In this document: piece by piece, positions 30,006 through 40,338 of the stretch
Layout of the letters: each line of letters opens with the position of its first letter
Position numbering within the stretch: position 1 is the first letter of the stretch
Source: a bacterium
GTDB taxonomy: Bacteria; Electryoneota; Electryoneia; Electryoneales; Electryoneaceae
Direction: 5' to 3'
Length of the DNA stretch: 64,000 nt
NCBI GenBank assembly: GCA_963669175.1
Contig: OY769902.1
Span: forward strand, 4,416,001 to 4,480,000
Notes under the pieces: model-generated
What the model saw: only the letters and a program-made list of their open reading frames with translations
Database searches by the model: none
Told to the model about the DNA's origin: nothing
Program-made: the position numbers and the translations under genes

Positions 30006-33000
30006 CTATTTGACCAGGACGATCTTCCTGACATCCTGTCCTCTTCCCTGCATCTCAGCAACAATAAAGTAGTTGCCACTGGACAGGCGTGTCAAATCGA
30101 AAGCGAACTGGTGCCTGCCCGCCTGAAAATTGTCTTCTACCAATCCCATGACTTCACGGCCCAGAATGTCAAACAGCTTTACATGCAGCATTCCGGCAGC
30201 AGGCAGGTCAACACTGATTCGTGTAGTGCCATTGAAGGGATTGGGATAGATGGATGAGATTTTGAAATCATCCGGGACCAGGCATTGTGTATGATTCGAT
30301 TCGAGACCATTTACTTCAGCTTGAATCCTCTGTGCAAAAATATCATAGGATGCCATCCGCCCATCCCGCCAGACGGTCAACAAACCATCCTCGCCATCAT
30401 TTGCCAGAAAGATCGTGTATTGAGCGCCATACGTGACTACCAGATCTTGCGGAGTATTATTGTATGAGTTAAAAATGGCGCCATCACTATCCAGATGTAA
30501 ATACTTGTAATCATAATAGTCAGGCCATTCAGCTTCTACTTCAAACACCACCCATGCAGTATTGTCGGAGGTCAGATTCACTTGCCAGTGGTTATGTCCT
30601 TCCAGCTCCACGCCCTCCTCCGGTTCAAACAGAAGGGTTCCTTCGGTGGAAATCTGCTGGAGATAATTTCCGACCAGTATCCAGGCGGAGTTGGCATCCG
30701 GTCCGGTAGACAAAAGTGACCTGGTGTAGTTGGAAATTGGATAGTTAATCGTGACCGGTTCAGGCCATGCCAGGTTACCCAGGGTATCCAGATACGCAAC
30801 CGTATAGGACTGCGAACCGGCTACCGCAAGAAGAAACACGCCATCCCGGGCTGCTGTGATGGACGGATAACAACTCCCCTCCAGGTAATCCAGGTTAATA
30901 CTGGTCAAGTTGCCCGCTTCATCCAGAAGATTAGCTACTAACGTGTTATCCGATCCATATTGAACACAGGAGATGGCTTGTTGAGAATTCAAAGCGCACA
31001 AATGCGATAAGTGAGTAGTACTATCTGCCTCAAAGAACCTGAATGGATAACCGTCAAATGCCCAACATGCTTCACCATCGTTATCGAATTTCTGGTATGC
31101 AATTCCCCTCTCATCATTGATCTGTGCTATCCATGCAACCAGGACATATCCATCATCGAATTGAAGCTGGCCCACGTACGGCATGTCCGTAGATCCCACT
31201 TCCACTCCATTGTCACCCCATAACAATTCGCCATCAGGTCCAATTCTTTGCGCGTGGATAGTGTAACCGTCATCCCCAAGATTGACGTCAGAGACACATG
31301 TCATATTACCCTGATCGTCCAGTAAAACATTGGTTCCTGATATCGAACCTTCCGGGATGTTCTCATACAACTGCCAGGGTTCGCTTGAAGCCTCCCCGCT
31401 TGTCGCATCCAATTTTTGAAGACATATATTGTTCAGACCAGGATATTGCCTGGTGCGGTAAAGTACCCGCACTTCATCTTCAAACTTGGAAATGTGACAC
31501 GGATAAGCATAAATATTTTCTACCTGCCGGAGTATTTGCCCCTCATCTCCGAAGATCGAAGCCCCATTCGAAAGATTGACCCTGTTCATTACTAATATCA
31601 CGTCGCCTTCCACCTGCCCTGGGATATCACCCCAGGTCATGTTTCCCTGACTGTCAATAGCATTTGCCCACTCTTTGTAATAGTAGCTGTCATACTCCAA
31701 CTCAGCAATCACGCACACTTCGCTCGTTTCACCTTCTTCCGTGAGAACAGTTGCCAATAAACCTGAGTAATATGAATCATACCGATTGTCGAAGATCCAC
31801 ATTCGAATTGCCATGCTGCCATCTTCCAGAAGCACACATGGAAAAATTGCTTCGTAGTCTTCATCGTTTGAAACACTATGCAGCAGGACTTCGCCATCTT
31901 CCCAGGCGATACTCAGTTCCTCTTCTCCATAAATGACCTGTGCAAAAAGACTGTCAAAATCCTCCCAGGTCACCAGGGCCCTTTCATCCGGCAAAGAATG
32001 AAGTTGAATGATCCCCGCATAACCATGTTCATCAGAAATTCTTTGCGCCCCGTCCGCCCAGAGTGGTTCTGCTTCCCCTGAAAACCGCTGTGCAACCAGA
32101 GTATGCTGTTCTTCCGAATGCCATGCACAGTAGAACCCATCCTGACCATCTGATGCAATACTGAAATAGTCTGAGATATAATATCCACAATCCGCCAGAT
32201 GAAATGGTACGACCAACACGTCTTCTCCGGAACTATCAATTCCAGATATATTCGCTTGAAAAGAAAAAATATCCGTTTCAATCCGGTAAGCTATCCATAC
32301 ACCATCATCTCCCCTGGGTATTAACTGACAGTCATCAACACAACGACTGTTAATTTGGTTCGCAATGACAATGCCTTCCTCTGTCCATCCTTCAGGGATT
32401 TGACCGTCAGCATCAATCCTTTGGAGGAAAATCGTATAGGGATCCTGGTTGCTGTTCCGAATACTGAATAAAACATAAAGCCCACCTGTTGGGTCAGTCA
32501 GACAGGTAAGCACCGAAGGACCATAGGAGGATTCCATGAGAGGCAGAATGGGAACGCCATTTCCCAATTCACCATTCTCTTCCTGCCACAGCAGCTCGCC
32601 ATTGTTGTTGACTTTCTGAGCACGCCATTGACGATTCTGCGAGAAGATGACAATCCAGTTACCCAGCCCGTCAGGCGCGACAACGGGATAACGCTGCACC
32701 TCGTCACCATACGCGACCGAAATACCACCGGGCCATAACGTATCGCCATCCACATTATAAAGCTGCCCATGAAGGTTGCAGGCGTTGTCTTCCGTATCAC
32801 ACCAGACAACCAGCGTAAGCCCCTCCTGGCTTGCAATGCCATCATTCGTCAAATAGAGGTCATGATCCTGAAACACTTGGATCCCGTTCGTCTCCCACAT
32901 GATTTCCGCTGGACAGATCGAAGCGACAAACAGGAACAACAAGCAGGCGAGTAGACAATAAACAGGTTTTCCGGAAAGACGCAGAGCTGGAGCAGGCACG

Positions 33001-33044
33001 ATTCCCCCATTGATAAACCGGTTTCTAATCCTTGCGAATATCAA
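30006..33044 (-). CDS. Large secreted acidic repeat protein with C-terminal secretion sorting domain (T9SS type-A-like)
   Basis: Signal-like LLACLLFLFVASICPA. Repeated (A/L)Q(R/K)(I/F/V)xxxGxxxWxxxG blades. C-terminal IYPNPFN...FDILGREV...SSGNYF...KIVLVK. Start is uncertain. Confidence 0.8.
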   Translation of the reverse strand: MIFARIRNRFINGGIVPAPALRLSGKPVYCLLACLLFLFVASICPAEIMWETNGIQVFQDHDLYLTNDGIASQEGLTLVVWCDTEDNACNLHGQLYNVDGDTLWPGGISVAYGDEVQRYPVVAPDGLGNWIVIFSQNRQWRAQKVNNNGELLWQEENGELGNGVPILPLMESSYGPSVLTCLTDPTGGLYVLFSIRNSNQDPYTIFLQRIDADGQIPEGWTEEGIVIANQINSRCVDDCQLIPRGDDGVWIAYRIETDIFSFQANISGIDSSGEDVLVVPFHLADCGYYISDYFSIASDGQDGFYCAWHSEEQHTLVAQRFSGEAEPLWADGAQRISDEHGYAGIIQLHSLPDERALVTWEDFDSLFAQVIYGEEELSIAWEDGEVLLHSVSNDEDYEAIFPCVLLEDGSMAIRMWIFDNRYDSYYSGLLATVLTEEGETSEVCVIAELEYDSYYYKEWANAIDSQGNMTWGDIPGQVEGDVILVMNRVNLSNGASIFGDEGQILRQVENIYAYPCHISKFEDEVRVLYRTRQYPGLNNICLQKLDATSGEASSEPWQLYENIPEGSISGTNVLLDDQGNMTCVSDVNLGDDGYTIHAQRIGPDGELLWGDNGVEVGSTDMPYVGQLQFDDGYVLVAWIAQINDERGIAYQKFDNDGEACWAFDGYPFRFFEADSTTHLSHLCALNSQQAISCVQYGSDNTLVANLLDEAGNLTSINLDYLEGSCYPSITAARDGVFLLAVAGSQSYTVAYLDTLGNLAWPEPVTINYPISNYTRSLLSTGPDANSAWILVGNYLQQISTEGTLLFEPEEGVELEGHNHWQVNLTSDNTAWVVFEVEAEWPDYYDYKYLHLDSDGAIFNSYNNTPQDLVVTYGAQYTIFLANDGEDGLLTVWRDGRMASYDIFAQRIQAEVNGLESNHTQCLVPDDFKISSIYPNPFNGTTRISVDLPAAGMLHVKLFDILGREVMGLVEDNFQAGRHQFAFDLTRLSSGNYFIVAEMQGRGQDVRKIVLVK

Positions 33045-33187
33045 TAGAGGTTAAAGTACAACGACACGGTGAGTGTGGTCAATTCCCGCTGCAACTTTCA
33101 AACTAAATATTACTGCCTGGCTTTTCGAATATCTCGAGATGCGCAAGCGCCCAGTAGTAGTCCCATATTCCACCAGGCAGCGCCTGC

Positions 33188-34150
33188 TTATGACGCTAAA
33201 ACAATATCACGCTGCATTTTGGCCGCTTCATAAAACAATGCCCATTTCGTGCTGTAAAAATCATTCCGCCAAACATAACTTGGCGCTGCTTCAACATCAT
33301 CAGGTTCTTCACTTTCTTTCCTTACAAGAGCATCATCTCGCCAATTTTTCACATTATATGCAAATGAATCACTCTCGCCATCCAACAAATAATTAAGATA
33401 ATCATTCCAATCTTCACATCTTCTTTCAAGTTTTACCGTTGGTTTGGATAAATGATAGTGTATATTATTTCTTATTTCAGGCCATGATTCATTTTCTTGA
33501 ATTTTTATCTTTTCATACATAGCATCAACCGCCTTCATATATTCATTCGTATTATCCCGTATAATTTCATCGCCATATCTATTGATATACTTCCATTTTA
33601 AAAATGGCATATCTGGATGCAAACCTGCTTCACCATGGCCAATTTGCGGTAACAACTCCCAAAGCTTTTCAAGCTCACTTTCATCCCACTCATCTTCCTC
33701 GAAAAAGCTGATATCCGATACATTGTTTTCCGGGTGATGACGCCCGGAAAATCGCTGATGCGACCAGGTATCCGCGAACGAATGAAGCGCTATTCCAGTC
33801 CTGATCAATCTTAGCAATTCGTTGTCTTGTTCAGCTAGCGCCGCATCGAGAATCTCGTTTGCCAGGTTTGAATTCGGCACGGTTACCAGAGAACCCGAGA
33901 CGCCATTGGGAGGGAGAAAGTGAAAAGGAATAAAGATATCATTCTGTATTGTTTCGGCGAATGAATTAAGGCCCAGGTATGCTGTTCTGAAAGGCATAAA
34001 TGTAGAAGAATTATCAAAGACAATGATTGTGTTTTCGGTTGCGTCATCGACGTATTGAGAAGCATATGCTATTGTAAGCGCTTCTTCAATTGTGTATCCA
34101 GCCGCCCATGCAATAACAGCCGTACAATAGTAGTGGAAATCTTTCTGCAT
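33188..34150 (-). CDS. DUF6765-like protein (putative Zn-dependent phospholipase C/P1-nuclease-like fold)
   Basis: MQKDFHYY, SQYVDD, PFHFLP, GIALHSFADTWSHQ and IGHGEA..HPD. AT-rich. Confidence 0.65.
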   Translation of the reverse strand: MQKDFHYYCTAVIAWAAGYTIEEALTIAYASQYVDDATENTIIVFDNSSTFMPFRTAYLGLNSFAETIQNDIFIPFHFLPPNGVSGSLVTVPNSNLANEILDAALAEQDNELLRLIRTGIALHSFADTWSHQRFSGRHHPENNVSDISFFEEDEWDESELEKLWELLPQIGHGEAGLHPDMPFLKWKYINRYGDEIIRDNTNEYMKAVDAMYEKIKIQENESWPEIRNNIHYHLSKPTVKLERRCEDWNDYLNYLLDGESDSFAYNVKNWRDDALVRKESEEPDDVEAAPSYVWRNDFYSTKWALFYEAAKMQRDIVLAS

Positions 34151-34425
34151 AATGCCCCCTCTCCCTTTGTTATCCGCTGACAGAAACGACTTTGATTCAA
34201 AACGTCCGCATGTTGATATTCACGTTATTATTACTTGGCAATAACTGGTTTTTGACCTGAATGCGTTTATGTAATCATTTGTTTTTTCTTTGTCAAGACC
34301 AATCGCAGTCATTTTTTATTTAATTTGTTTGCAACTGGAATTCCTGTGGATGAAATGGGGGTTGCCAAACTGGACATCACTCCGGGACATATAAAGTATT
34401 TCTTGAAAGTAATGTCGGATACAGT

Positions 34426-34458
34426 CATCCCCTTTCCCCGGCAATTTTAGTATGACGG
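34426..34458 (+). repeat. Degenerate partial copy of the 92-bp repeat (right arm and flank)
   Basis: CATCCCCTTTCCCCGGCAATTTTAGTATGACGG resembles CGTCCCCTTTTCCCGGCAATCTCCATTATGACGG of copy 2. Confidence 0.55.
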
Positions 34459-34495
34459 GACAAACCGTGATCCGCTATATAAACTGTTCGTATTG

Positions 34496-35131
34496 CTAAG
34501 ATTCCATTTTATCAGCATCAAGATCAGGAAACCACTTTGCGATACATTCAGGGCACATGCTGTGAGTAAAATCCGCTCCTGAATGATCCCGGACATAGAC
34601 CTCTACCTGTTGCCAGTATCCCGCATCATCACGAACCTTTTTGCAACTTGAACAGATGGGGATGATCCCTTCCAGCGTCTTCACTTTGGACAGGGCCGCC
34701 TGTAACTGTAGCACCAGTTCTTCTTTCTGTTTCAGCAACCTGTGGCGTTCCATGGCATATCGAATGGACCGGCACAGAGATACGCTGTCAAAACGTCCTT
34801 TTACAAGGTAATCCTGCGCCCCGATTTCAACCGCTTTCTGGCCGGTATATTCGTCGTCAAGAACAGTCTGCATGATCACTGGCGGTGCAGAAGTGCCACG
34901 GGCCAGAATTTTCTGAAGAATTTCCACCCCGTTCTCACCCGGCATATTGTAGTCGAGCAAAACACAATCAAAATTGTGTGAATCCAGCGCTTTAAGCCCC
35001 TCCGCGCCATCCGGCGTTTCTTCTATGATCACGTAAGCACAGGTATGATTATCAACCAGGTATCGTCTCAACCGCATACGATCTACTTCATCATCATCGA
35101 TGATCAGAATACGGAAAGTATCTTGAAGCAT
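34496..35131 (-). CDS. Response regulator with C-terminal Cys-rich domain (ICSSCKKVRDD...HSMCPEC)
   Basis: REC motifs IIDDD, LLDYNMP and DYLVK, followed by a coiled coil and two CxxC motifs. Confidence 0.88.
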   Translation of the reverse strand: MLQDTFRILIIDDDEVDRMRLRRYLVDNHTCAYVIIEETPDGAEGLKALDSHNFDCVLLDYNMPGENGVEILQKILARGTSAPPVIMQTVLDDEYTGQKAVEIGAQDYLVKGRFDSVSLCRSIRYAMERHRLLKQKEELVLQLQAALSKVKTLEGIIPICSSCKKVRDDAGYWQQVEVYVRDHSGADFTHSMCPECIAKWFPDLDADKMES

Positions 35132-35149
35132 GTCTCCTCCCTCTCTCGT

Positions 35150-35575
35150 TTACGGTAAATCAACAAGGCGCCAGTAATTTTCAAGTGTCTGGATCAGGCT
35201 GTTCAAATTCACACCTGTATTTTCCTTTACGATATAGCCGGCAATATATCTTTCATAGGCGCGTGAGCGGTCAACATCATCCTTGGAAGTCGTTAATACA
35301 AACACAACTGTCTTATGCAAATCCGAATCTTTTCGCAACTCATCTAGGAAAGTAAAACCATCCATCCGTGGCATATTCAAATCAAGAAGCACAATGCAGG
35401 GTTTTGTCAAGCGAAGGCTGTCGTGTTGTCCACGCATGATTTCCAGGGCTTCCACGCCATCCCTTGCCCTGATGATTTCGTTGAAAACCTTTGCCTGACG
35501 AAATCCTCGCTCGATTGCCATGGCATCAATCGCATCATCATCAACCTATAGTATCTTTATCTCTTTAGCCAGCAT
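35150..35575 (-). pseudogene. Single-domain response regulator (Rcp1-like) interrupted by in-frame TAG at codon 10
   Basis: ATG at 35575 with AGGAG RBS reads MLAKEIKIL*VDDDAIDAM. TAG at 35548-35546 sits where ILLVDDD has Leu. The rest is intact (LLDLNMP, LTTS, YIVK). Confidence 0.75.
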
Positions 35576-38264
35576 TCCCTGATCTCCTTTCCATAACCAA
35601 CGGCCAGGTAAAGCGCACCTCTGTGCCATGTGGTTGAACCGTATGAATCGCTACAGTTCCGCCAACATTTTCGATAATCTTTTTCACCAGGGCTAGCCCC
35701 ATTCCGCTTCCCTCAAGTTCATCACGAGGTTTAAGTGTCTGGAACAACTCAAAGACCTTTTCCCTGAATTGCTCCGGGATACCCGGTCCGTCATCTTTGA
35801 TAGAAAACTCGATGAAATCACCAACAGGTTTTGCGGTGATCTCAAGCTTCCCCTTCTCCTTGTCGTGATGTTTCATCGCATTTCCCATCAGGTTGCGTAA
35901 CACCTGGTGGAATGGGGTATGCATGGTGCTGAATCGAGGCATTTCAGATACTTGTAGCGTAAAGCGTTCTTCCAGGTTCAAGCTGAAAGCGATATCCTGG
36001 ATAACGCCAACAGGATCAATATCAACAATATCGGTTGCAGTCCGTCCAACCCGTGAGAATTCAAGCAGGGCATCCAGAAGCGCTTCCATTCGATTGATGC
36101 GTCCCTTGAGCAATTCAAGATGCCTGGCGCTTTCCGGCGGGATTGTATCCGCGAGATCCTGTTCAAGCCATTCGGACAGACTGATAATCGCTCGCAATGG
36201 CGCTCTTAAATCGTGTGATGCTACATAGGCGAACTGCTCCAGTTCGGTATTTGACCTTTGCAATTCCTTGTTCGCTTCCGTGAGTAATTCTTGCCCTTCC
36301 CTGATTACTTCTTCAAAATGCTTCCGTTCAGTAATATCCTTATCCGCTCCACGATACCCTGCATAGTTCCCATCCTGATCAATGATCGGTACGCTGTTCT
36401 TCAGCAGGCATACACGCTGCCCATCTTTGGTTCGTCTCCATATTTCCAGATTCTCCATGGGTTCTCGTTTGACTGCAAAATCGCGAAAGACAATTTCTGA
36501 TTGTTCAGCATCTTCGAAGGTATCCAGTTCAAATACCCGTTTCCCGAGAACCTCCTCAGGTCTGAAACCAAGAATCCTTCTTATTCCACTGCTGCAAAAC
36601 GTGTATCGCCATTCAGCATCGACTTCCCAAATCCAGTCACTAGTGATATTAACAATATCCTGCAACCGTTTTTCGCTCTCCTGAAGTTTGTTTTCTGCTC
36701 GTCTTCGTTCAGTGATATCCCTGGCAGAGTAGAACATCAGGGGAATATTGTTTATTTCAAATGGTTGACCGCTGATCTCAACATCCAGCGTGGAACCGTC
36801 CTTGCGTTGATGAACTGTTGAGAATTCAACTCGTTTACCCCCTTTGTAATGCCCTTGAATAATGCTCACTGCATCGGCCGCTTCTATAAAAGCATCCCAA
36901 TTGGATACGTTCATTCCAAGCATCCCATCTCGACTATACCCAAGCATACTACAAAAGGCTTCGCTTGTTTCAACGACATTACCATCCAGATCGAGGACAT
37001 GGATACCATCGCTGCCGGCTTGCAGGAGCATCTGGTTCTTGGTGAATTCTACCTGTAATGCTTCCTCCGTCTGTTTACGGTCGGTGATGTCAATAGAAAC
37101 ACCAAGAATGCCCGAGACTGCCCCGGCTTCATCCTGTATCGGTATTTTGCTCGTAAGGATCGTTCGTGTGCCACCAGGCGTTTCCAGTGTATCTTCAACA
37201 TTCAATAATGCTTTCCTGCTCTCAATTACTGTGAGATCATCTTTCCAATACTTTTCAACTTCATCAGGCGTGTGAAGCTCTGCCATATTCTTTCCAGCAA
37301 ACTCTGCCTTATCCATTTGATATGATTCTGCCAGGCGCTGATTTACACGGATATAGTTCTTCTCTGTATCTTTGTAGAAAACAATTCCTGGCAGGTTATC
37401 TATAATCAGTTCAAGCTCTTCTGCGGCTTGAGTAGCTTGCTCATTTGAATGTTTGAGCTCTTCCGTGCGTAATTGCACCAGAGTTTCAAGTTCATTCTTA
37501 TGCGCCAAATCCCTTTGCCGACGTACGACAATCTCACGGATCATCCGTCTGAGTGTCCCTGCCAGCAATCCGATTTCATCGTTCCCAAGCGAAGTCGGGA
37601 TATCCACTTCCTGTCCTGCTTCAAACTCCCTGATCAATGTAATTAGCTGATTTAGTTTACGTGTAATTCTCATGGCAACCAGCCAAGCGAACAACGCACC
37701 AACAATGATAGCAATACCTCCAATGAGCACAGCCTGAGTAGCATTTTTCAGGATAGCTTTTTGTGTATTGGCGGTCGAAAACCCGATGCGAACCCATCCA
37801 ATTCTCTTGCCAGCAGACTCGAGTGGTGCGCCAACCTCAATCATCTCAGCTGTCTTGCGGAGTACACGTGTGCATTCTTCCTTGGGCAATTGAATAGTTG
37901 CGAGGGAAAGGCTCAGACTATCGACGAGATATTTTCCCACCAGTCCATCATTTGAATGGCCTATGACCTGCCCTTGCATGTCACTAATGATAATGGTTTC
38001 AACATCTGGTAGAGTACAGGAAAGATCAATGAGATTGTCAATGGCAACGAGATCATTTCCCATCACCAGCCGTAGAGAGCTCTCCCGCATTAGCATGGCA
38101 GAAGAACAACCCCGGCTGATCAACTCTTGATACAGAAGTTTAGATTGGTGCGAAATCACTTCAAACACAAGCGCGACAGTCAGGACAACATGAATGGTCA
38201 CAATCATCGTCACAAGTTGACGAGAGAGGGTTCGGGAGAAGAACCAGGCTAGTGTTTTAATCAC
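35565..38264 (-). CDS. Membrane sensor histidine kinase (TM-periplasmic-TM-HAMP-3xPAS-HisKA-HATPase)
   Basis: DEIGLL HAMP, three PAS/PAC ending in DITD/ER, FAYVASHDLRAP, NLMGNAMKH, DDGPGI and GSGMGL. Confidence 0.93.
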   Translation of the reverse strand: MIKTLAWFFSRTLSRQLVTMIVTIHVVLTVALVFEVISHQSKLLYQELISRGCSSAMLMRESSLRLVMGNDLVAIDNLIDLSCTLPDVETIIISDMQGQVIGHSNDGLVGKYLVDSLSLSLATIQLPKEECTRVLRKTAEMIEVGAPLESAGKRIGWVRIGFSTANTQKAILKNATQAVLIGGIAIIVGALFAWLVAMRITRKLNQLITLIREFEAGQEVDIPTSLGNDEIGLLAGTLRRMIREIVVRRQRDLAHKNELETLVQLRTEELKHSNEQATQAAEELELIIDNLPGIVFYKDTEKNYIRVNQRLAESYQMDKAEFAGKNMAELHTPDEVEKYWKDDLTVIESRKALLNVEDTLETPGGTRTILTSKIPIQDEAGAVSGILGVSIDITDRKQTEEALQVEFTKNQMLLQAGSDGIHVLDLDGNVVETSEAFCSMLGYSRDGMLGMNVSNWDAFIEAADAVSIIQGHYKGGKRVEFSTVHQRKDGSTLDVEISGQPFEINNIPLMFYSARDITERRRAENKLQESEKRLQDIVNITSDWIWEVDAEWRYTFCSSGIRRILGFRPEEVLGKRVFELDTFEDAEQSEIVFRDFAVKREPMENLEIWRRTKDGQRVCLLKNSVPIIDQDGNYAGYRGADKDITERKHFEEVIREGQELLTEANKELQRSNTELEQFAYVASHDLRAPLRAIISLSEWLEQDLADTIPPESARHLELLKGRINRMEALLDALLEFSRVGRTATDIVDIDPVGVIQDIAFSLNLEERFTLQVSEMPRFSTMHTPFHQVLRNLMGNAMKHHDKEKGKLEITAKPVGDFIEFSIKDDGPGIPEQFREKVFELFQTLKPRDELEGSGMGLALVKKIIENVGGTVAIHTVQPHGTEVRFTWPLVMERRSGNAG

Positions 38265-38272
38265 AGGTAATC

Positions 38273-39196
38273 CTATAGTGGACGTACTCGGTCAGAGAAT
38301 TTCTGCAGAAATTCTCTGACCTGATCAAATGTTCTTTCGTTTGCGGGTTCGAAGCCACTATAATTCATGGCCTCCAGCATTCTCTTTCCATCAGGTTCAT
38401 TCGCAAGATCGAAAAGGATCTGCTTTACATGGGACAGAACCGGTTCGGGGACATCGTTGCGCACCACCAACCCATTATTTACCAGTTCCGGTGTTTCCCA
38501 TAGCACTTTCAATGTCGCTGCATCTTCTGGATGCATTGACTGGAACAACTCCCAAGGAGGAGGCCATGTAACCGCGACATCGGTCATCCCCGTAACAGCC
38601 GACATGATGGAGGATTCCTGATTCCCGGTAAAGATAGATGTGACATCATGTTGCACATTTAAACCATGTGTTGTGAAGAAGTATTGAGGGAGCATACATG
38701 CTGCAAGGGCGGTCAATGAGGGATAACTGATCTTCTTTCCGCGAAGATCGGTTACTCTCGTATATGCGCTGTTTATCGGGGCAAGGATAATTCCGCGAAA
38801 CTGTTCGTCGTCGGCAACTTTGCCGAAGATTGTATAGCCAGTATCAGCAGCTTTGACCGTCTCGAGGGGGTTGGGCAGAGAGAAATGGTAACGTCCTTCG
38901 CGTAAGCGTATTTCATAGGTCTCATAGTCCGGGGCAGTCTCGAGCTTGAATCGAAAACCGTTCGCTGAGGAATTCAAGCAATTGATGATGGGAGTGAATA
39001 ACTCGAAAACTCGCTGTTCGCTGAAAAGCGGGTGCGTACTGAAAATGTATACTGGTTGAATACCTTCAGCAGGAGCATCTGCATATACGGGTTCATGTGC
39101 CTCATCCTGATCTTTCCGGCATCCACTGGGCAATGTTAGGATTAGCATCATGATCGCTATCGGTGTAAAAGCGAATCGCACAGCCCGAATGAACAT
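38273..39196 (-). CDS. PhnD/SsuA-like substrate-binding lipoprotein
   Basis: Lipobox LPSG-C, PNP..TVKA, FRGII, DLRGKKISYP and VVRNDVP. Co-oriented with the kinase, with no ABC permease nearby. Confidence 0.8.
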   Translation of the reverse strand: MFIRAVRFAFTPIAIMMLILTLPSGCRKDQDEAHEPVYADAPAEGIQPVYIFSTHPLFSEQRVFELFTPIINCLNSSANGFRFKLETAPDYETYEIRLREGRYHFSLPNPLETVKAADTGYTIFGKVADDEQFRGIILAPINSAYTRVTDLRGKKISYPSLTALAACMLPQYFFTTHGLNVQHDVTSIFTGNQESSIMSAVTGMTDVAVTWPPPWELFQSMHPEDAATLKVLWETPELVNNGLVVRNDVPEPVLSHVKQILFDLANEPDGKRMLEAMNYSGFEPANERTFDQVREFLQKFSDRVRPL

Positions 39197-39391
39197 ATTC
39201 GAACGCCCCCCTGATTAACGATACCATTGTCTCTGTTTGAAGCTGTTTCAGTCGGATGGAGCTAGTGGACGAAACAGAAACACTTGCCAACGGGAAAAGG
39301 TAAGCGATCTTTGCGCCCGAAATGTACTTGCTTAGGTTGTGCGATAGGAATCTGGAGCAAAGAACATATATGCGATATGCCCAGGAGAGAG

Positions 39392-39431
39392 AAAAAAAAA
39401 TGGACAGCCCCCTCAAGTTCTGTCCCCGTTT
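39392..39431 (-). terminator. Intrinsic terminator of the 39454-40338 gene
   Basis: Minus strand reads GGACAG-loop-CTGTCC, then A and a 9-U tract, ~22 bp after the stop. Confidence 0.65.
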
Positions 39432-39453
39432 CGTGTTGGCAAAATGTTGATGC

Positions 39454-40338
39454 TTATTTAATCAGCATGATCCGTGTTGTAGTCATATTCGATTCCGTCT
39501 GCAATACTGCGAAATAGGTTCCGCTAGGTAGATTCTCCCCGGAGAACAGATGAGAATATCGGCCTGCCGATCGATAGCCGTGTTCCAGAACTGTAACTTC
39601 ACGTCCCAGCATATCGAAGACCCGGAGAGTGATTTGGCCAGGCGTATCAATCGTGTATGAAAGTGTGGTAGAAGGGTTAAACGGATTGGGATAGGCGGAC
39701 AGCACCTGGTACGTTTCAGCCAGGCATTCGGATTCTTCGATGCTGTTTTCTTCGAACACGTCCACTCGAAACGCGCTGGCGGTTTCATCATTGATGGTCA
39801 ACCAGTCTTCCCCCTCACGTCGCAGGGTATGGGGACAGGTTAATGTGTGATCGCTGTTCATGCACCATCCGGTCCAAGTAAGATCTTTCGCTGATGCCCA
39901 CAGCCAATAGGTAGCGCCGGAATCGATCCATGTGGTTCCCAATCCCTCAAGGTGGATCGGTGGATCCCACTGGTTCCACGAAGTAAACTCGGTGAGCACC
40001 CATTCTTCCAGCACTTCGAACGTATCCGGAGGCAGTCCGTAGGGGTTCGCAACCAGGCGCATGGTTACCGTATCCGCATACGACGAAGACGGCACGTAAA
40101 AGAATCCGACCCATATGTCGCTCACATAGCCAGCCCCGACGGATTCAAACAACATCGCCTGTTCTACGCCGAATTGCGGATCAACATTGTCACCGGCTAC
40201 GGTCCAACCGGTATTGTACGTATAATCCCATCCGTCATGATCCGCAGCAAAATTGTTGTACACCGAAATCTGTGCTGATGCTAAACCTGCCAGCAGCAAC
40301 ACACACATCACAACCTGGACCATTTTCGCCAAACGCAT
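39454..40338 (-). CDS. Small secreted protein with C-terminal secretion sorting domain (T9SS type-A-like)
   Basis: Signal peptide ...LLLAGLASA-Q. AYPNPFNPST...FDMLGREV...PSGTYF...RIMLIK. Confidence 0.85.
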   Translation of the reverse strand: MRLAKMVQVVMCVLLLAGLASAQISVYNNFAADHDGWDYTYNTGWTVAGDNVDPQFGVEQAMLFESVGAGYVSDIWVGFFYVPSSSYADTVTMRLVANPYGLPPDTFEVLEEWVLTEFTSWNQWDPPIHLEGLGTTWIDSGATYWLWASAKDLTWTGWCMNSDHTLTCPHTLRREGEDWLTINDETASAFRVDVFEENSIEESECLAETYQVLSAYPNPFNPSTTLSYTIDTPGQITLRVFDMLGREVTVLEHGYRSAGRYSHLFSGENLPSGTYFAVLQTESNMTTTRIMLIK

